From positions 1,220,405 through 1,284,404 of the forward strand of contig JAWQFM010000012.1 of NCBI GenBank assembly GCA_033442325.1: a stretch of DNA of 64,000 nucleotides. Direction: 5' to 3'. The notes beneath the pieces were generated by a model, which worked only from the letters and a program-made list of their open reading frames with translations, was not told the origin of the DNA and did not search any database. The DNA is from Salpingoeca rosetta (taxonomy: Eukaryota > Protista > Choanoflagellata). Below are positions 51,075-64,000 of the stretch, piece after piece. The position numbers were made by a program, and so were the translations under genes. How positions within the stretch are numbered: position 1 is the stretch's first letter; every line of letters begins with the position of its first letter.

Positions 51075-52559
51075 AACAACAACAACAACAATAGCAACAA
51101 CAACAGCAGCAGCAGTGGTGGTGGAAGCGCAGAGGAGGATGAGCAGGAGGAGCTTCGAGGACGTGGCAGCCTCATTGAAAGCGTGAGTGTCGTGTTTGGG
51201 CGCGGCGTTGAACGAAGTCTTCACCGAGATCGATCTGACATTGGCTGCACCGTGAGCGTGCACTCTGTTGGCGAGCGCCCCCGCACGTTTGTTGCGCGCA
51301 CCGCATCGATTGCGTCGACGATGACAAAGGCCACGGCCAAGCTGCTCACTGGCAGGCGCCACAGCAGCCACCGCCAGACACGACGTCGCAACACCCACAC
51401 ACCCCAGGAGGAGGAGGACAGCAAGGTGAACACAGATGGTGGTGGTGGTCGTCGTCGTGGGGAAAGGCGTGTGCTTGAGTTGAGGAGGCGCGTGAGTGTT
51501 TACGTTGGTTTGGACGAAATGAAGGCGGAGGGAGAGAGGGAGGCTGAAGAGAGGGAAGGGGCAAGCACGAAACGTGCGCAGGACAAGAACGAGGGCACGG
51601 GCAAAGGACAGGCCCAGATGAAGCAGAGGGCAAGGGGCAAGGAGAAAGGCAAAGGGAATCGGAAGAAACAGATGCAGAGCGGAGCACAGCAGGGGGCGGC
51701 GAAGAAGGAGGAGGAGGAGGAGGAGGAGGAGGAGGAGGAGGAGGAGGAGGAGGAGGAGGAGGAGAGCGAAGGATTTGTGATTGAGGGTGTTCCGCGCACG
51801 CAATCGGAACAGAGGCGGGCACTCAGCATGTCTCGCTTGGCTGCTCAGCTTGTGAATTACCTCCGTTCGCCACTCACCTCCATGCAGCCGCCTACCTCCG
51901 CGCCAACTCACTACCAACAACAACAACACCACCACCACCACCAACAACAACACCAACAACAGCCGCAGCAGCAGGTGGTTCTTGCGGACGCGACAGTGTC
52001 CAGCTCAACCGTCGGTGGGGATGCCAACGAGGACGGCAGCAGCAGCAGCAACAGCAGCGGCGGCGTCAACGACCACGGCAATGGCAGTGACGGAAACAGC
52101 ACGCGCACAAGTGGAAGCAGCAACAACAGCAGCCGGAGGGGTGACACGGCGCGGCAGAAGAGCAATTGGCATCGGAAGGCAAAGAAGGAAGCAGACAGCA
52201 GTGCCAGCAGTAGTGCCAGCAGCAGCAGCAGCAGCAGCAGCAGCCGCAGGGAGGACAAGATGGGCCGAAAGCGGGGAGCAAAGACATCATCATCGCTGCA
52301 TCGTCGGAACAAGTCGACAGCAGCAGGCCGCGGCGGCGGTCTTACACGGCGACGCAGTTCCATGGCGCTCTCCGTTGACGAAACGCCCTCGCAGCAGCAC
52401 CTCAAGTTCCTCATGACGCAGCTGTCGGACCTGCGGGAAGAGTCGCGCACACACGATGGCGGCGATGGAAGTGACGATGACGACAGCCTTGATAGTGATG
52501 CTGGCACTGCCCTGTCCTCGGTTGTATCCAGCGCACACTCCATCACCACGCATTTGTGA
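48417..52559 (+). CDS. Hypothetical membrane protein: Cys-containing ectodomain, TM, very long low-complexity cytoplasmic tail (single coding exon)
   Basis: Uninterrupted 4.1-kb ORF. Hydrophobic AASALIVLALVVIS (signal-like if the start is Met at 48657), TM IAVVAGVGSLAGLSIICAFFM followed by CCC..CC, then Asp, Arg, Asn, Glu and Ser tracts. Start codon is ambiguous (48417 or 48657). Confidence 0.7.
50978..51104 (+). repeat. Coding (AAC)n poly-Asn tract
   Basis: In frame within ORF 48417-52559. Confidence 0.85.
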
Positions 52560-52942
52560 CGTGTGTGTGTGTGTGTGTGTGCTTGCTTGTGTGTGTGTGT
52601 GTGTGTGTGTGTTGTACTGGCTCTCCCTCCCCCCCCCGCGCGTGTGTGTGTGTGTGTGTGTCACTGAAAACGGAACGTCAAGTTAATCAGAGGCAGCAAC
52701 AGTAACGGTTCGAGTCGTGTATTTCAAAACAACACAGTCCATACAGCACATACATATGCCCCACATCGACAAAAGCAATGGTTGACGCCATGTGGCGCGA
52801 CAAGATGCGCCATGACAGTTCAAAGTCAGTCACTCGCATTCCCATGCACACGCATTCCCAACGCACATTCACCCAGGTGCACACACGCACTCATATGGGA
52901 CATGCGGGACACACGCAGCCGAGCAGCCATCTCGGGCTTCAT

Positions 52943-53719
52943 TCACTCCCTGTGCGCGGTGACGGCGTGCATGGCGTGTGCGAGGTATTCGACGTTGCCG
53001 GACGACACGCCCGCCATGGAGATGCGGCCGTTCTTCGTCAGGTAGATGTGGTACGTGGAGATGAGCTCTTGCACCTCCTGCTCCGTGAGCCCGGAGAAGC
53101 AGAACATGCCAATCTGGCGCTGGATGTGGCTCCAGTCCAGCTTGGAGCCCGCCTTGGCCAGCTCCTCAACAAGACGCGTGCGCATCGATGTGATGCGATC
53201 AGCCATCGCGTGCGTCTCCTTCAGCCTGCGGTCGTGTCGGGGTTGGAACGAGTGTTACGTGCAGGGGAAGGATGGGGGGGAAGCAGACGTGAGGGAGTTG
53301 TGGGTGACACGGTATTATTCATGGCATTGGGTTTAGTGTGATGTGTTAGGGTAGTGCGCGTGGAGGAGGTGAGCGTGAGAGCTGCGTGTGGAAATGCGTG
53401 GTGCGTGTGTAGTGGTGAGCGCGAGAGGTGCAGCCATATGCACATCAAGCGGAGTGTATTCACCACGCACAAAACCAAAAACAAAAGCGCATACAGCCCA
53501 GTACACGTTGAGCGAGGACGCACAGGAGGGCGTGGAGGTCGTTGTCGTTGAGGACGGTGGCGACGATGCGGGCGCCGTGGATGGGCGGGTTGGAGTACAG
53601 CGCCCTGTCGTGGTGCAGTGGTAGATTGGTGGTGGTGAGTCGGGGCTGCGGAGTGATGATGATGGTGGTGGTGGTGATGGTGGTTATGGTGGTGGTGATG
53701 GTGGTGGTGGTGGTGGTGG

Positions 53720-53767
<48 letters not shown>

Positions 53768-54186
53768 GAACAGCCAAAGGCAATAGATGAGAATGCCGCA
53801 ATGCGATGGACAGCGGCGGCACTCTGCGCACCTGATCATAATCTTGAGCTGCGACTCGATGGCGCTGGCTTGTTGAGGATCCGTGGTCACCACATTCAGC
53901 GCACCCACGCGCTCGCCTGCCCACATGGGCGTGAGGGTGGGCGGGTAGGGTGCAGAGGGGGAATGGAGATAAAGAGGACAAAGGAAGACACAAGAGGGGG
54001 GGGGGGAGGGGTGTGTTGTGTGAGCTGATTGGTGAGCTGAGGCGGGCGTGTTGGTTGGTTCATCACTGGGGCGTGTTGCGCTGCAGCTGCGAGCGGATTG
54101 GCAGAACCATGAGCTCCCACCTGTACGCGCGCACACATACATAAACACACGCACACGCACACACACACACGCACACGCACACACAC

Positions 54187-54225
<39 letters not shown>

Positions 54226-54492
54226 AACACACGCACACACACACACATACACGCACCGTAGAGGCCCATGTTCTTGGAGTATGACTGGATGACAAAGGGG
54301 AGCATGCCTTGCTCGCAGAAATGGCGCACGGCATATGCATCCTTGTCGTAGTCCCCAGATGCAAATCCCTGGCGAACAGTTGCGGCGAGGGGACGGGGTA
54401 CGGGTTGGTTGTGTGACGTAGCAGGGAGCGAGCGTGAGGCATGAACTGTGTCATACATGGCGCAGGTACACCAAGACAACCCCAAAAGATGC

Positions 54493-54567
<75 letters not shown>

Positions 54568-55034
54568 TACACACACACACACACGCATACACACACACAC
54601 ACACACACACAATACACACACATGGACACCCCCGCACACACCTGGTATGCCATGTCGAAGACGGGGAGGTGGTTCTTCTGCTTGATGAGGGTGGCAATCT
54701 CGTGCCACTGCTCTGGTGTTGGGTCCACACCGGTTGGGTTCTGTGCGCAAGCGTGCAAGAGGACGACGGAGCCGTTTTCCAGTTTGTCGAGGTCTTGCAT
54801 CATGCCCTTGAAGTCCAGCCCACACGTGTTCTTGTCGTAGTACGAGTATGTCCTTGGCTCAATGCCACACGCACTGAACAGTGGTGTGTATGTGTGGGTG
54901 TGTGAGTGTGAGTGTGAGTGTGAGTGTATGTGTGCATGCGAGGGCGATGCATACAATGGTGGCTGCATCTGCTCAACTCACTCGTCCCCGCCCCCCCTCT
55001 CTCTCTGTTTAAAACTCCCTCGCACTCCCATGCA

Positions 55035-55094
<60 letters not shown>

Positions 55095-55978
55095 CACAGT
55101 ACCGGAAGATGGGGAGGTGGTTGCTCCATGTGGGGGTGGGAAGGTAGATGGCGCGGTCCTTGTTTGGGAAGTTGTAGAATTGCGCCTGCAACATCGCGTT
55201 CAGGGATGAAGTGTGGCAGGTCAGAGCAAAGCTGAGCACAAGCCACACTGACGAAAACACGCACAAAGCAACGAACAACGGCCGCGCTCATACACACACA
55301 CACGCACACACATACACACATACACGCACACACATGCACACACACACACGTGCGCTCACACACACGCACACACACATACATGCACACATGCACACACACG
55401 TGTGCTCACACACACACACACACACACACGTGCGCTCACACACACGCACACACACATACATGCACACATGCACACGTGCGCTCACGCACACATGCCCATC
55501 TGTCTCTCGTCACCACCCCCTTCCCCAATACCAGGAAGATGCCTGCGACGCGGAGACCGCCGGTGCCGGAGATGGACTGGACGGTGGTGACACGGCCTTC
55601 TGCCAGAGCGTTGTCTGCGTCGGCAAGTGCGAGCTTTGCGGAGGCGTCCCGAAAGTCCTTTGGGCCTTGGATGCTGGCGTACTCCTTGTTGAGGTGTGCG
55701 TCCAGCAGGCGCTTCTCGGCCTCTGTCACGCACTGCAAGACGTGTGGCTTGCCCTCGTCGTCGCGATACGCGCCAACGCCGAGGTTCACCTTGTTGGGGA
55801 ACGTGTCCTTGTTGTAGGCCTCTGTGAGCCCCAGAATCGGATCGGGCGGGCCTTGCTGGACGTGCGCCCACAGCGACATGCGCGACGCGGCAACAGCCGT
55901 GGTGGCAGCACAGGCCTTGGCACTGGCACTGGCGGCGGCGATACGGCCACCGGCAAGCACAGCAGCAACAGCGCTCAT
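52943..55978 (-). CDS. GOT2: Aspartate aminotransferase, mitochondrial-type, multi-exon
   Basis: Ala/Arg-rich transit peptide; GPPDPILG, KVNLGVGAYRD, QSISGTGGLR, LLHACAQNPTGVDP, DMAYQGFASG, PLP-Lys motif QSYSKNMGLY|GERVG, YSNPP, QIGMF, GRISMAG. Confidence 0.96.
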
Positions 55979-56896
55979 CTCTTGCTTCCTTCACTTCTTG
56001 AGGTCTGTTGTGGGTGAGGTTGAGGTTGGTTGGTGATGTGAGGTGAGGTTGGTATGTGTGATGTGAGGTTGGTTAGTGTCAGTGGCTGGCTGGTCGTTGT
56101 CTTGCTTCTTGCCGTTGCCTTGCTTGCTTGCTTGCGTCAAGCAAACAGCACACAATTCCGTTTTTTTCGATTGCCTTCGCTGCGCTTCATGCAGTTGCCA
56201 GCAGTTGCTGGGTGTTTCTGCTGACTCAGCAAACATGCCTTCGCATGGCCAAACGCCACGGTCCTTCGTTGCGGACACGCATGACGTGTCGTGTCGCCGC
56301 AGTTCGCTCCTTTTCTTTTCGCGTGTGTCCATTTTTTCTATTTTCTGCTAACGAACGAACAAACGAAAGGCCCTCTCGCCAACACAAACAAACAAACATA
56401 AACACGCACACAACTCCCAGCCAGCCAGCCAACCAGCGACCGCATTTGTCATTCTTTCCGCAACAACCAACCACCAAAGCGAAAGCGAGCCCAACAAGCA
56501 AGTGCAGAAAGTGTCTGCAACAACCCCCAACACCAACACTAACACCAACACCAAACCAACCCGGCCCAAACCACGCCACACATATCTCTGCAGCCTCGGT
56601 CCACGCCATTCATTCACATCACATCATCATCGCTGCCTGACCAAAAAGTGACTTGGCTGAGTCCCCAAGCTAACACGTCATTTTTTTTTTTTCATTCGTC
56701 TCTCTCCAGCCAGCCAAATCCCCGGCACCTGCAGACCTAGCCGCACCCGCAGCACACACAAACACAGAGCGAACCAAACAAACACAAACCACCAGCGAGC
56801 GAGCAAGCCGCCCTTACGTACATACACACATACACACATACACACATACATACATCCATCTTCCTTCCTTGGTTCAGCACCAGCAACACCAGCAGC

Positions 56897-57590
56897 ATGG
56901 CTGATCAGCAGAAGAACAACACGGAGCCGCCAAAGTGCGCCGGTGGCTGCGGCTTCTTCGGTGTGTAACCCACGGGGCGGTGTCGTCAAATCTTGTTTGT
57001 GTGTGCATGTATGTCAATATGGTTCATTCGTGACACACACACGCGCACAATCAGAGTCCCTCCTTGTTGAGCGTGCATGCATCCACATCTATCCACAAGT
57101 ATCCACCCACATTGCATCCACACGACCCCATCATCCAATCTCACCCCCCTCCCCCAACAACAATATCAACGATCATCTTTCTTTTTTGTTCAGGCAACCC
57201 TGCGTCTGAGAACTTTTGCAGCAAGTGCTACCGCGACCGTTACGGGCCAGACGCCTTTTTGGGCAAGCCCCTCACATCCCCGTCAGCAACCACACTTCCA
57301 TCCTCGTCGTCCGCCTCCGCACCCACAGCAACCGCCTCCAGCGCGAGTCGAAGCAACATAGACATGGGTATGATGGACACGTCATCATCAACTTCGTCCA
57401 TGTCACCCTTGGCGCCACAGCCACACGCGCCCGCACAGCCCGCCACGCAAGACGAGCAACACGCTGCCGCAGAAAAGGCGTCAGACTCTGTCACAGCGAC
57501 ACCAAGCAAGAAGTCCAAGAAGAAGAAGAAGAACCGCTGCCACGTCTGCAACACCAAGCTCGGCATGCTCGGTAAGTGTCTGTGTGCCTG

Positions 57591-57666
<76 letters not shown>

Positions 57667-57925
57667 TATGGATGTATGAGTTTGACAAACACAACTCGCC
57701 ACACCTCCTCACCACGCAACACCTGTCTTCTCACACCTTGTCTTCCCCCCCCCTTCTCTCTCTCTCTCTCTATCAGGGTTTGAGTGCAAGTGCGACGGCA
57801 TGTTCTGCAGCAAGCACCGCTTGCCAGATGATCACGAGTGCACCTTTGACTTCAAGTCGTTTGACAGGAACAAGATTGCCCAGGCAAACCAGGCTGTCAC
57901 CCCAGAGAAGCTCAACCGCCTGTAA
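56897..57925 (+). CDS. A20/AN1 zinc-finger protein (ZFAND5/6-like), 196 aa
   Basis: Exons 56897-56960, 57194-57571, 57777-57925. A20 finger CAGGCGFF|GNPASENFCSKCY; AN1 finger RCHVCNTKLGML|GFECKCDGMFCSKHRLPDDHECTFDFK. Confidence 0.93.
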
Positions 57926-58698
57926 AGGCTGGCTGTGAAGCGATGTGTTGGTGGTGATCATGGGTGGTGGCGGTACCCGTGGTGGTGGTGGTGGTTCCTC
58001 ACAACCACCACTTCTTCAAGACCACCGCTTTGTTGCTCCCACCACATCCTCCTTCCCCCCACCTCCTCCTTTTCTCCTTCCTTCCTCTTCCTTCTTTCTT
58101 TCTTCCTTCCTTCTCTCGGCGTTTCCACGCAACAGGACTCGCTCGTTGTCTGGTTGACAAGCGCGAGAGAACTTAGGCATGCAGGGAAAGACTGAACGGA
58201 TGGCTGTGAGCGAGTGAGTGAGTTTTGACTTTGCGGGTATATGTGACGAGCGCTCTGCTGACCCCAAACAAGCAAGAAGTGTGTTGCCTTCTGTTGCCTT
58301 CCTTTCTGGTTTCCTGTTTTTTTTTGTTTGTTTGTTCGTTTTGATGATGATGATGATGATGATGTATTGGTTGTGTCTGTGCATCTGTGCACTCCACCAT
58401 GCAAGTGTGCAGACCACAACACAAAAACCAAGAAGCAATTAAACGACGCAATTCCAACGTTTGCAAGCAACGTAGTGTTGTAATGTAATGTAACATGAAC
58501 AGGGATGGCTGCAGCGTCGCGTGGTGTCGCGTGGTGTCGGGTGCAAGGTGGCACTACTTGTTCAACACCGGCTACGCGTCTGGTCGCACATCCATGGTGG
58601 CTGCAAAGGTTTGGAGAGTCATGTGGGAGGAGGGTGGTGGTGGGACGTGGTGGGACGTGGTGGGTGAGTTGTCGTGAGTTGACTCCCAGCACACAAGC

Positions 58699-58731
<33 letters not shown>

Positions 58732-58754
58732 CTGGAGTGAAGTCATCAACCTAC

Positions 58755-60305
58755 TTGCGCCACTGTCCGCTTCGCTCGCTGCCGTCATGGTGGTGGTGCT
58801 GGTGGCGGGTTTGCTGGGCCCTGGCGCGTGCGGATGTGTTGATGGGGTTGATGATGATGACGCTTCAAACTCAATGGCAATCTTGACGCTCCGCTCAATC
58901 TGGGACGTCCCGGCCTGGACCTGCGATGTGGGTGTGGGTGTGGGTGTGGGTGTGGGTGTCAGTGAGACATTACTGACTTTGGAAGCGGGAAACAAGACAC
59001 AGGAAACGAGACACAAGAAACAAGTACACATGCGCGCGCGCACACACACACACACACGCATACACGTACGCATACACACACACGCATACACACACACGCA
59101 TACACACACACACACACGTGCACATGCACACACACACACACACGCTCACACACAGAATATCACTGACCTGCTGCAAGGAGAGGAGGGAGAGACCTGGCTT
59201 TGATTCGTACGGCTGCGCCATTTCCCGAAGAAATCGCTTGGCAAGCTTCACCGCCTGGGGTGTCGTGCATGCATGCAGGCAATACACAAAAGAAAATGTG
59301 AACACAATGCACATTTGTGGCACGGTTGCACGGTGAGAGTGAGTGAGGGAGGGAGGGCACAGCGTCATCATGCACATGATGAGATGAGCTGTTGGAAAGC
59401 ATGCGCCATGAAGGTTCGTCTCACGCACGTCGTCGGTGGACAGGTTCGTGTGTCCGGGTGTGATGTATTTCTGAATCCACTTGGGCAACTTCCCTTTCTT
59501 GTCCTCACTTGCGTAACGCTGATGACCAATGTCAGCAACAGCAGGGCGTGGCAGCATGAGTAACAACACCAGACCAAAACACAAAGCAACAGTGTTAGGG
59601 GGCAACGGTGAACCAGTGAGACAGGCAGACGGACAGAGAGACACAGGGACGAACAGAGAGACAGACAAACAAACATAGACACACACACACACAAGCACAC
59701 AAACACACACATACACACACAAGCACACACACACACACAAAGCACAAGCACACAAGCACACAAGCACAGGACCGAAATCAACACTACTGCGTGCACACGG
59801 TATGGGGCCATGGAACGTACCGAGTCGGCAAAGCACATGATGCCGTAATCGGATTTACCGCGTATGGCGCGGCCAACACACTGAGGGACAAACAGGGAGT
59901 GTGAGATGGGCTCAGGTGGTGCTCTGCATTCAACACACGTTGTGGATCGTGCACCAGAACTTGGGTTTCAACTCACATCGCAGCATGCACACAAACAGGC
60001 ACACACACACATATATATGAGCGCATGCACTGACTTGAGCTGCGTGTCGCATGGCGTCAAAGGTGAGGAACGCCCCTTCCTTGATTTGGAAATTGTCGGT
60101 CAAAAACTCCAATCGCGCCTTCAAAATGCGGCTCTGTACAAAGCACCGCATGGTAGAGTGTTGAGTCGGCACAAAGCACAAACATGCGTACGCACGCAAA
60201 TGACAATGGCAATCGGCCTTGAACCGAAGAAGCTCAAACACACGCAAACACGCAAACACACACACACACACACACACGCATGCACACACACACGCATGCA
60301 CACAC

Positions 60306-60343
<38 letters not shown>

Positions 60344-60824
60344 GCCAACCTGAGTGTAGACATATGGGATGCCGAACATAAGGACGGCCCGGCCAAGATG
60401 GTGATCAAAGTCAATTCCTTCCGACACTTTTCCCCGCGCGACGGACAGCAGAATGGCACCACGCCCATTCTCGCACGCCTGTAGCATGTTATGCGTGCGT
60501 GTGTGTACATGAGATTGTGAGTGAGTGAGTGAGTGAGTGAGATTGTGAGATTGTGAGATTGTGAGTGAGTGTGTATGTGTGTGTGTGTGTCACTGAGAAG
60601 CAAGTCTGCATGCCGCTGGAAACATCGCAAACACAAATGCATTCACACACACACACATGTACGAAATACGCATTAGCACGCACCCTCTGGTAGTTGTCGA
60701 GAGCGATGCTCGTCTCCACCACATCCTGCGTCTCAGCAAACACTGCGGGCAACATGGAACCACCAGACCGGTGAGAGGGGGGCACGTCAGCAGCAGTGTG
60801 TGCACCGCATACACACACACACAC

Positions 60825-60855
<31 letters not shown>

Positions 60856-61248
60856 ATGTGCTATTGATTGGATGTGAGCGGCAACCACGTGCAGCCGTGC
60901 TCACCCAATTTCTTCTGCTTGATCTTGTCCATGATGCCTTGGTCGTGCCACGTCGTTACCATGCTCTCCAGATACTCATAGCTGAACCGCCACCATGAAA
61001 TGGTCGTGTGTGTGTGTGTGTGCGCGCGCGCGACGAACATGGTCAATGTGCGTCATCCAAGGTTGTGTATCGTGTGGGCATCAGCATCAGTGGCACGTGC
61101 GCGCGGCCATATGCACACGAGCGGATGCCCAGTCTCACCTGACGAAGAAGCAGACAATTCCGTCGGGTACAACGCCTGCGCCATGAACATAAACAGCAGG
61201 GCAGATGTGGTTGTAACAGGCATGGGTGCGCGTAAGCGAATGAATGGG

Positions 61249-61344
<96 letters not shown>

Positions 61345-61660
61345 CACTGCAATTGCATTGGTGTTGAAGGGGGTGCGAGGGAGCCATGGACTGGGTGACC
61401 CCTGCACAGCACACATACACATACACACACACACATACACACACATACATACATACAACACACACACACGTACGGGCCATGTCGAGGAGGAGGTGGCCGT
61501 AGTTTCGCTTCACGCTGTTGTCCTCTCGCGACTCGTACCTGAAGCAAGGAATGTGGGCGAGGAGCAGAGTGTGAGGTTCGGGCGCTGCGGGCTGAAGTGG
61601 ATGTGGAAGTCTTGAAACGCGAAGGCACATAACTACATATGCACACACACGCACACACAC

Positions 61661-61717
<57 letters not shown>

Positions 61718-62207
61718 CACACACACGCACACACACACATGTGGGCGCACCGGGAGGAAATCTTTGCCTGGTCCGAGCCGCAGGTGACAATCTGTCCACG
61801 AGCGAATGGAAAATGACACATGAGCGACATGGAATGGAATGGAAGCTTGCAGCGTGGAAGCGGAGACAGGAGGCACGACGGAAGAACAAAACACAATGCA
61901 AGCACACGCACAAACGAAACCGGCGGCACGAAAACAGCCAAGTCAACACAGACACAACAGGCAAGACAGGGTGTGCACTCGCGCACCATGGGCAGGAGGG
62001 AGGTTCTGCTGAGGGTCATGTCAAAGGTGCAGACGGTCACGGGCCGAAAGTTCAGAATCTTCGGATACATTTCCAGCGGCGACAGCGTCCCTGACACACA
62101 CACACACACAAAGCAGAAGTGAACGTGAACTTGGCGGTTGGCTGCATAAAGATGGGGAGTTGTACGCTTATATGCACACATGAGGTTGCCAGTCTGCTTC
62201 CATGCAT

Positions 62208-62271
<64 letters not shown>

Positions 62272-62457
62272 ACCTGATGTGATGACGACGGACTGGAAGC
62301 GCTCAAAGACGGGACGAATGGCGAGCGACGCGTCCATGCAGCTGTTGAGAGCAGCGGCGCCAACACATATGAGCTGTTCATCATGGCGCAAACTGTTGCA
62401 CATCACTCCCCATGCAAACCGCATTGCGTTATCAGAGCACACACACAGAGCACACAG

Positions 62458-62500
<43 letters not shown>

Positions 62501-64000
62501 ACACACACACACACAGCATAAGGCACAGCAGGCGAAACAAAGCGAGTGGGCTGCGAGGACTGCACCTGAAGTGGAGGACGGGGTCGCGGATTGTGGGCGC
62601 GCGGTCGTCAAACGGTTCAATGATCAGACTGAACCCTGACATGAGGGCGGGAGAGGTGGTGGGAATGGGGATTGGCATGCGGAGAGGGGTGCTCGGTCAC
62701 GCATCAACATCACGACTCGATACTGAAGCCATTCATACATGCACACGCACACACATGTGCAGGCACGAGCCGAGGTGATTGCGTGTACCGTCTGTGTATG
62801 TTGCGACGAGCGTTGCAAACGTCGCCACGCGCATGAGGGACGAAAAGTCGTCGTAGTCTGTCAGCTCCAGCGTCTGTTGTCGAGGGATGAGGTGAAGATG
62901 AAGGGATAAGGGGGTGGGCGATGTTGCGCGACTCACGAGTAAGAAAACACCCACCCACCCACACACACATACATACATACATACATACATACATACATAC
63001 ATACATACATACATACATACATACATACATACATACATACATACATACATACATACATACATACATACACAACACCTGCAACAAAGATGAGAGGCGTTCG
63101 CTGGCGAATCTGAGCGGCTTGCGGTCGATTGCAGCGTCAATGGACACCTGGTCCAGAAATACGGCCGGGGGCTCGTTCACCACGTGGTTCACATCCAGCC
63201 GTTTCTGCAATACACAGCGATGGCGGTGATGGTGAAGAGGATGGTGGCAGTGGTGGGGTGAGTTGGTTGGTCACTCGTGATTGCAGTTCGGGCATGCAGT
63301 ATGCACTCATTGACAAAGAGCAGTTATGACATACACGCAACCACCAACACAACCAACAACACCACCACCACCATCACCACCACCACCAGAACCACCGCCA
63401 CCACCACAACGCGACGGTGCCGGCACCTTGAGATATTCGACGAAACGCTTCAGGAAAGAGACAAAGTGTTCCGCCTTGCGAATGTTTCCCGGCACCGCCT
63501 CCTCCACAACCTGCAGCGGACGCACAGTCCACACGCGTGCCGTGTCATGTCGCGTCGTTTGGGCATGCGTTGAAACAGCGTTTGCACAAATCATTCACAC
63601 GGAGATACACACACACATACATACACATACATACACGCACACACACACAGACGAGTTTGGCACTGACGTGTGACGGCAGGACCGGGTTTGCCATGACGGC
63701 GTCGGTTGCGTTGAGCTCTCGCGTCGTCTGCAGCCCTGAGCAGCTCACGCGGTCGGACATCGAGGGGGGGGGGGGCACGTGTGAATGCAGTCGAAACCAA
63801 CAGGGTAGATGGTTCGCACGGATTGATTTTGGGGACCGATGATGATGGGCAGACAAGTGCATGCATCTACACAAGTACTTGGGCAAAAACAACACCCACC
63901 CACACCCACACCCACACCCACACCCACACCCACACCCACACCCACACCCACACCCACACCCACACCCACACCCACCCACACACCCACCCACACCCACACC
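58755..64000 (-). CDS. ERCC2: TFIIH helicase XPD/Rad3 (5' part outside the window; exact C-terminus uncertain)
   Basis: Exonic motifs [60 protein letters not shown]|[50 protein letters not shown]|[21 protein letters not shown]. Many short exons. Confidence 0.95.
62967..63068. repeat. (CATA)n microsatellite, intronic
   Basis: Tetranucleotide run in an XPD intron. Confidence 0.92.
63893..64000. repeat. (CACACC)n hexamer repeat, intronic
   Basis: Hexamer run in an XPD intron at the window end. Confidence 0.88.

Noticed and set aside
55335-55495. Short tandem duplications in introns (also 24300-24440 and 11725-11870) resembling repeat arrays
   Set aside because: Local slippage duplications of degenerate CA repeats; no unique spacers, cas genes or terminal repeats.
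63893-64000. (CACACC)n as telomeric repeat
   Set aside because: It lies in an XPD intron, similar runs occur at ~37180 and ~58930, and it is not TTAGGG.

Overview
Gene-dense, intron-rich eukaryotic DNA with GC-rich exons and introns filled with (CA)n/(GT)n microsatellites. This style plus the gene content suggests a choanoflagellate such as Salpingoeca rosetta (inference). Contents: (1) a giant cadherin gene on the minus strand. I spliced 10 exons by hand, giving at least 7,068 aa, and the gene runs into an assembly gap at 495-594. It has ~27 canonical cadherin repeats, ~18 non-canonical repeats, four Cys-bracketed LamG domains that closely resemble the animal calsyntenin ectodomain module, a WAP domain, an unassigned 10-Cys insert, and one module resembling bacterial giant adhesins. 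(2) A CTDSPL2/SCP-type phosphatase. (3) tRNA methyltransferase TRMO. (4) An apparently full-length RADX homologue. (5) A small orphan ORF. (6) A TEX264 homologue lacking the LIR/SHP tail. (7) An ARM-TIR protein that keeps the putative NADase glutamate and ends in a CaaX box. (8) An orphan membrane protein with a very large low-complexity tail. (9) Mitochondrial aspartate aminotransferase. (10) An A20/AN1 zinc-finger protein. (11) The 3' part of XPD/ERCC2. Family assignments rest on motifs recalled from memory; no searches were run.
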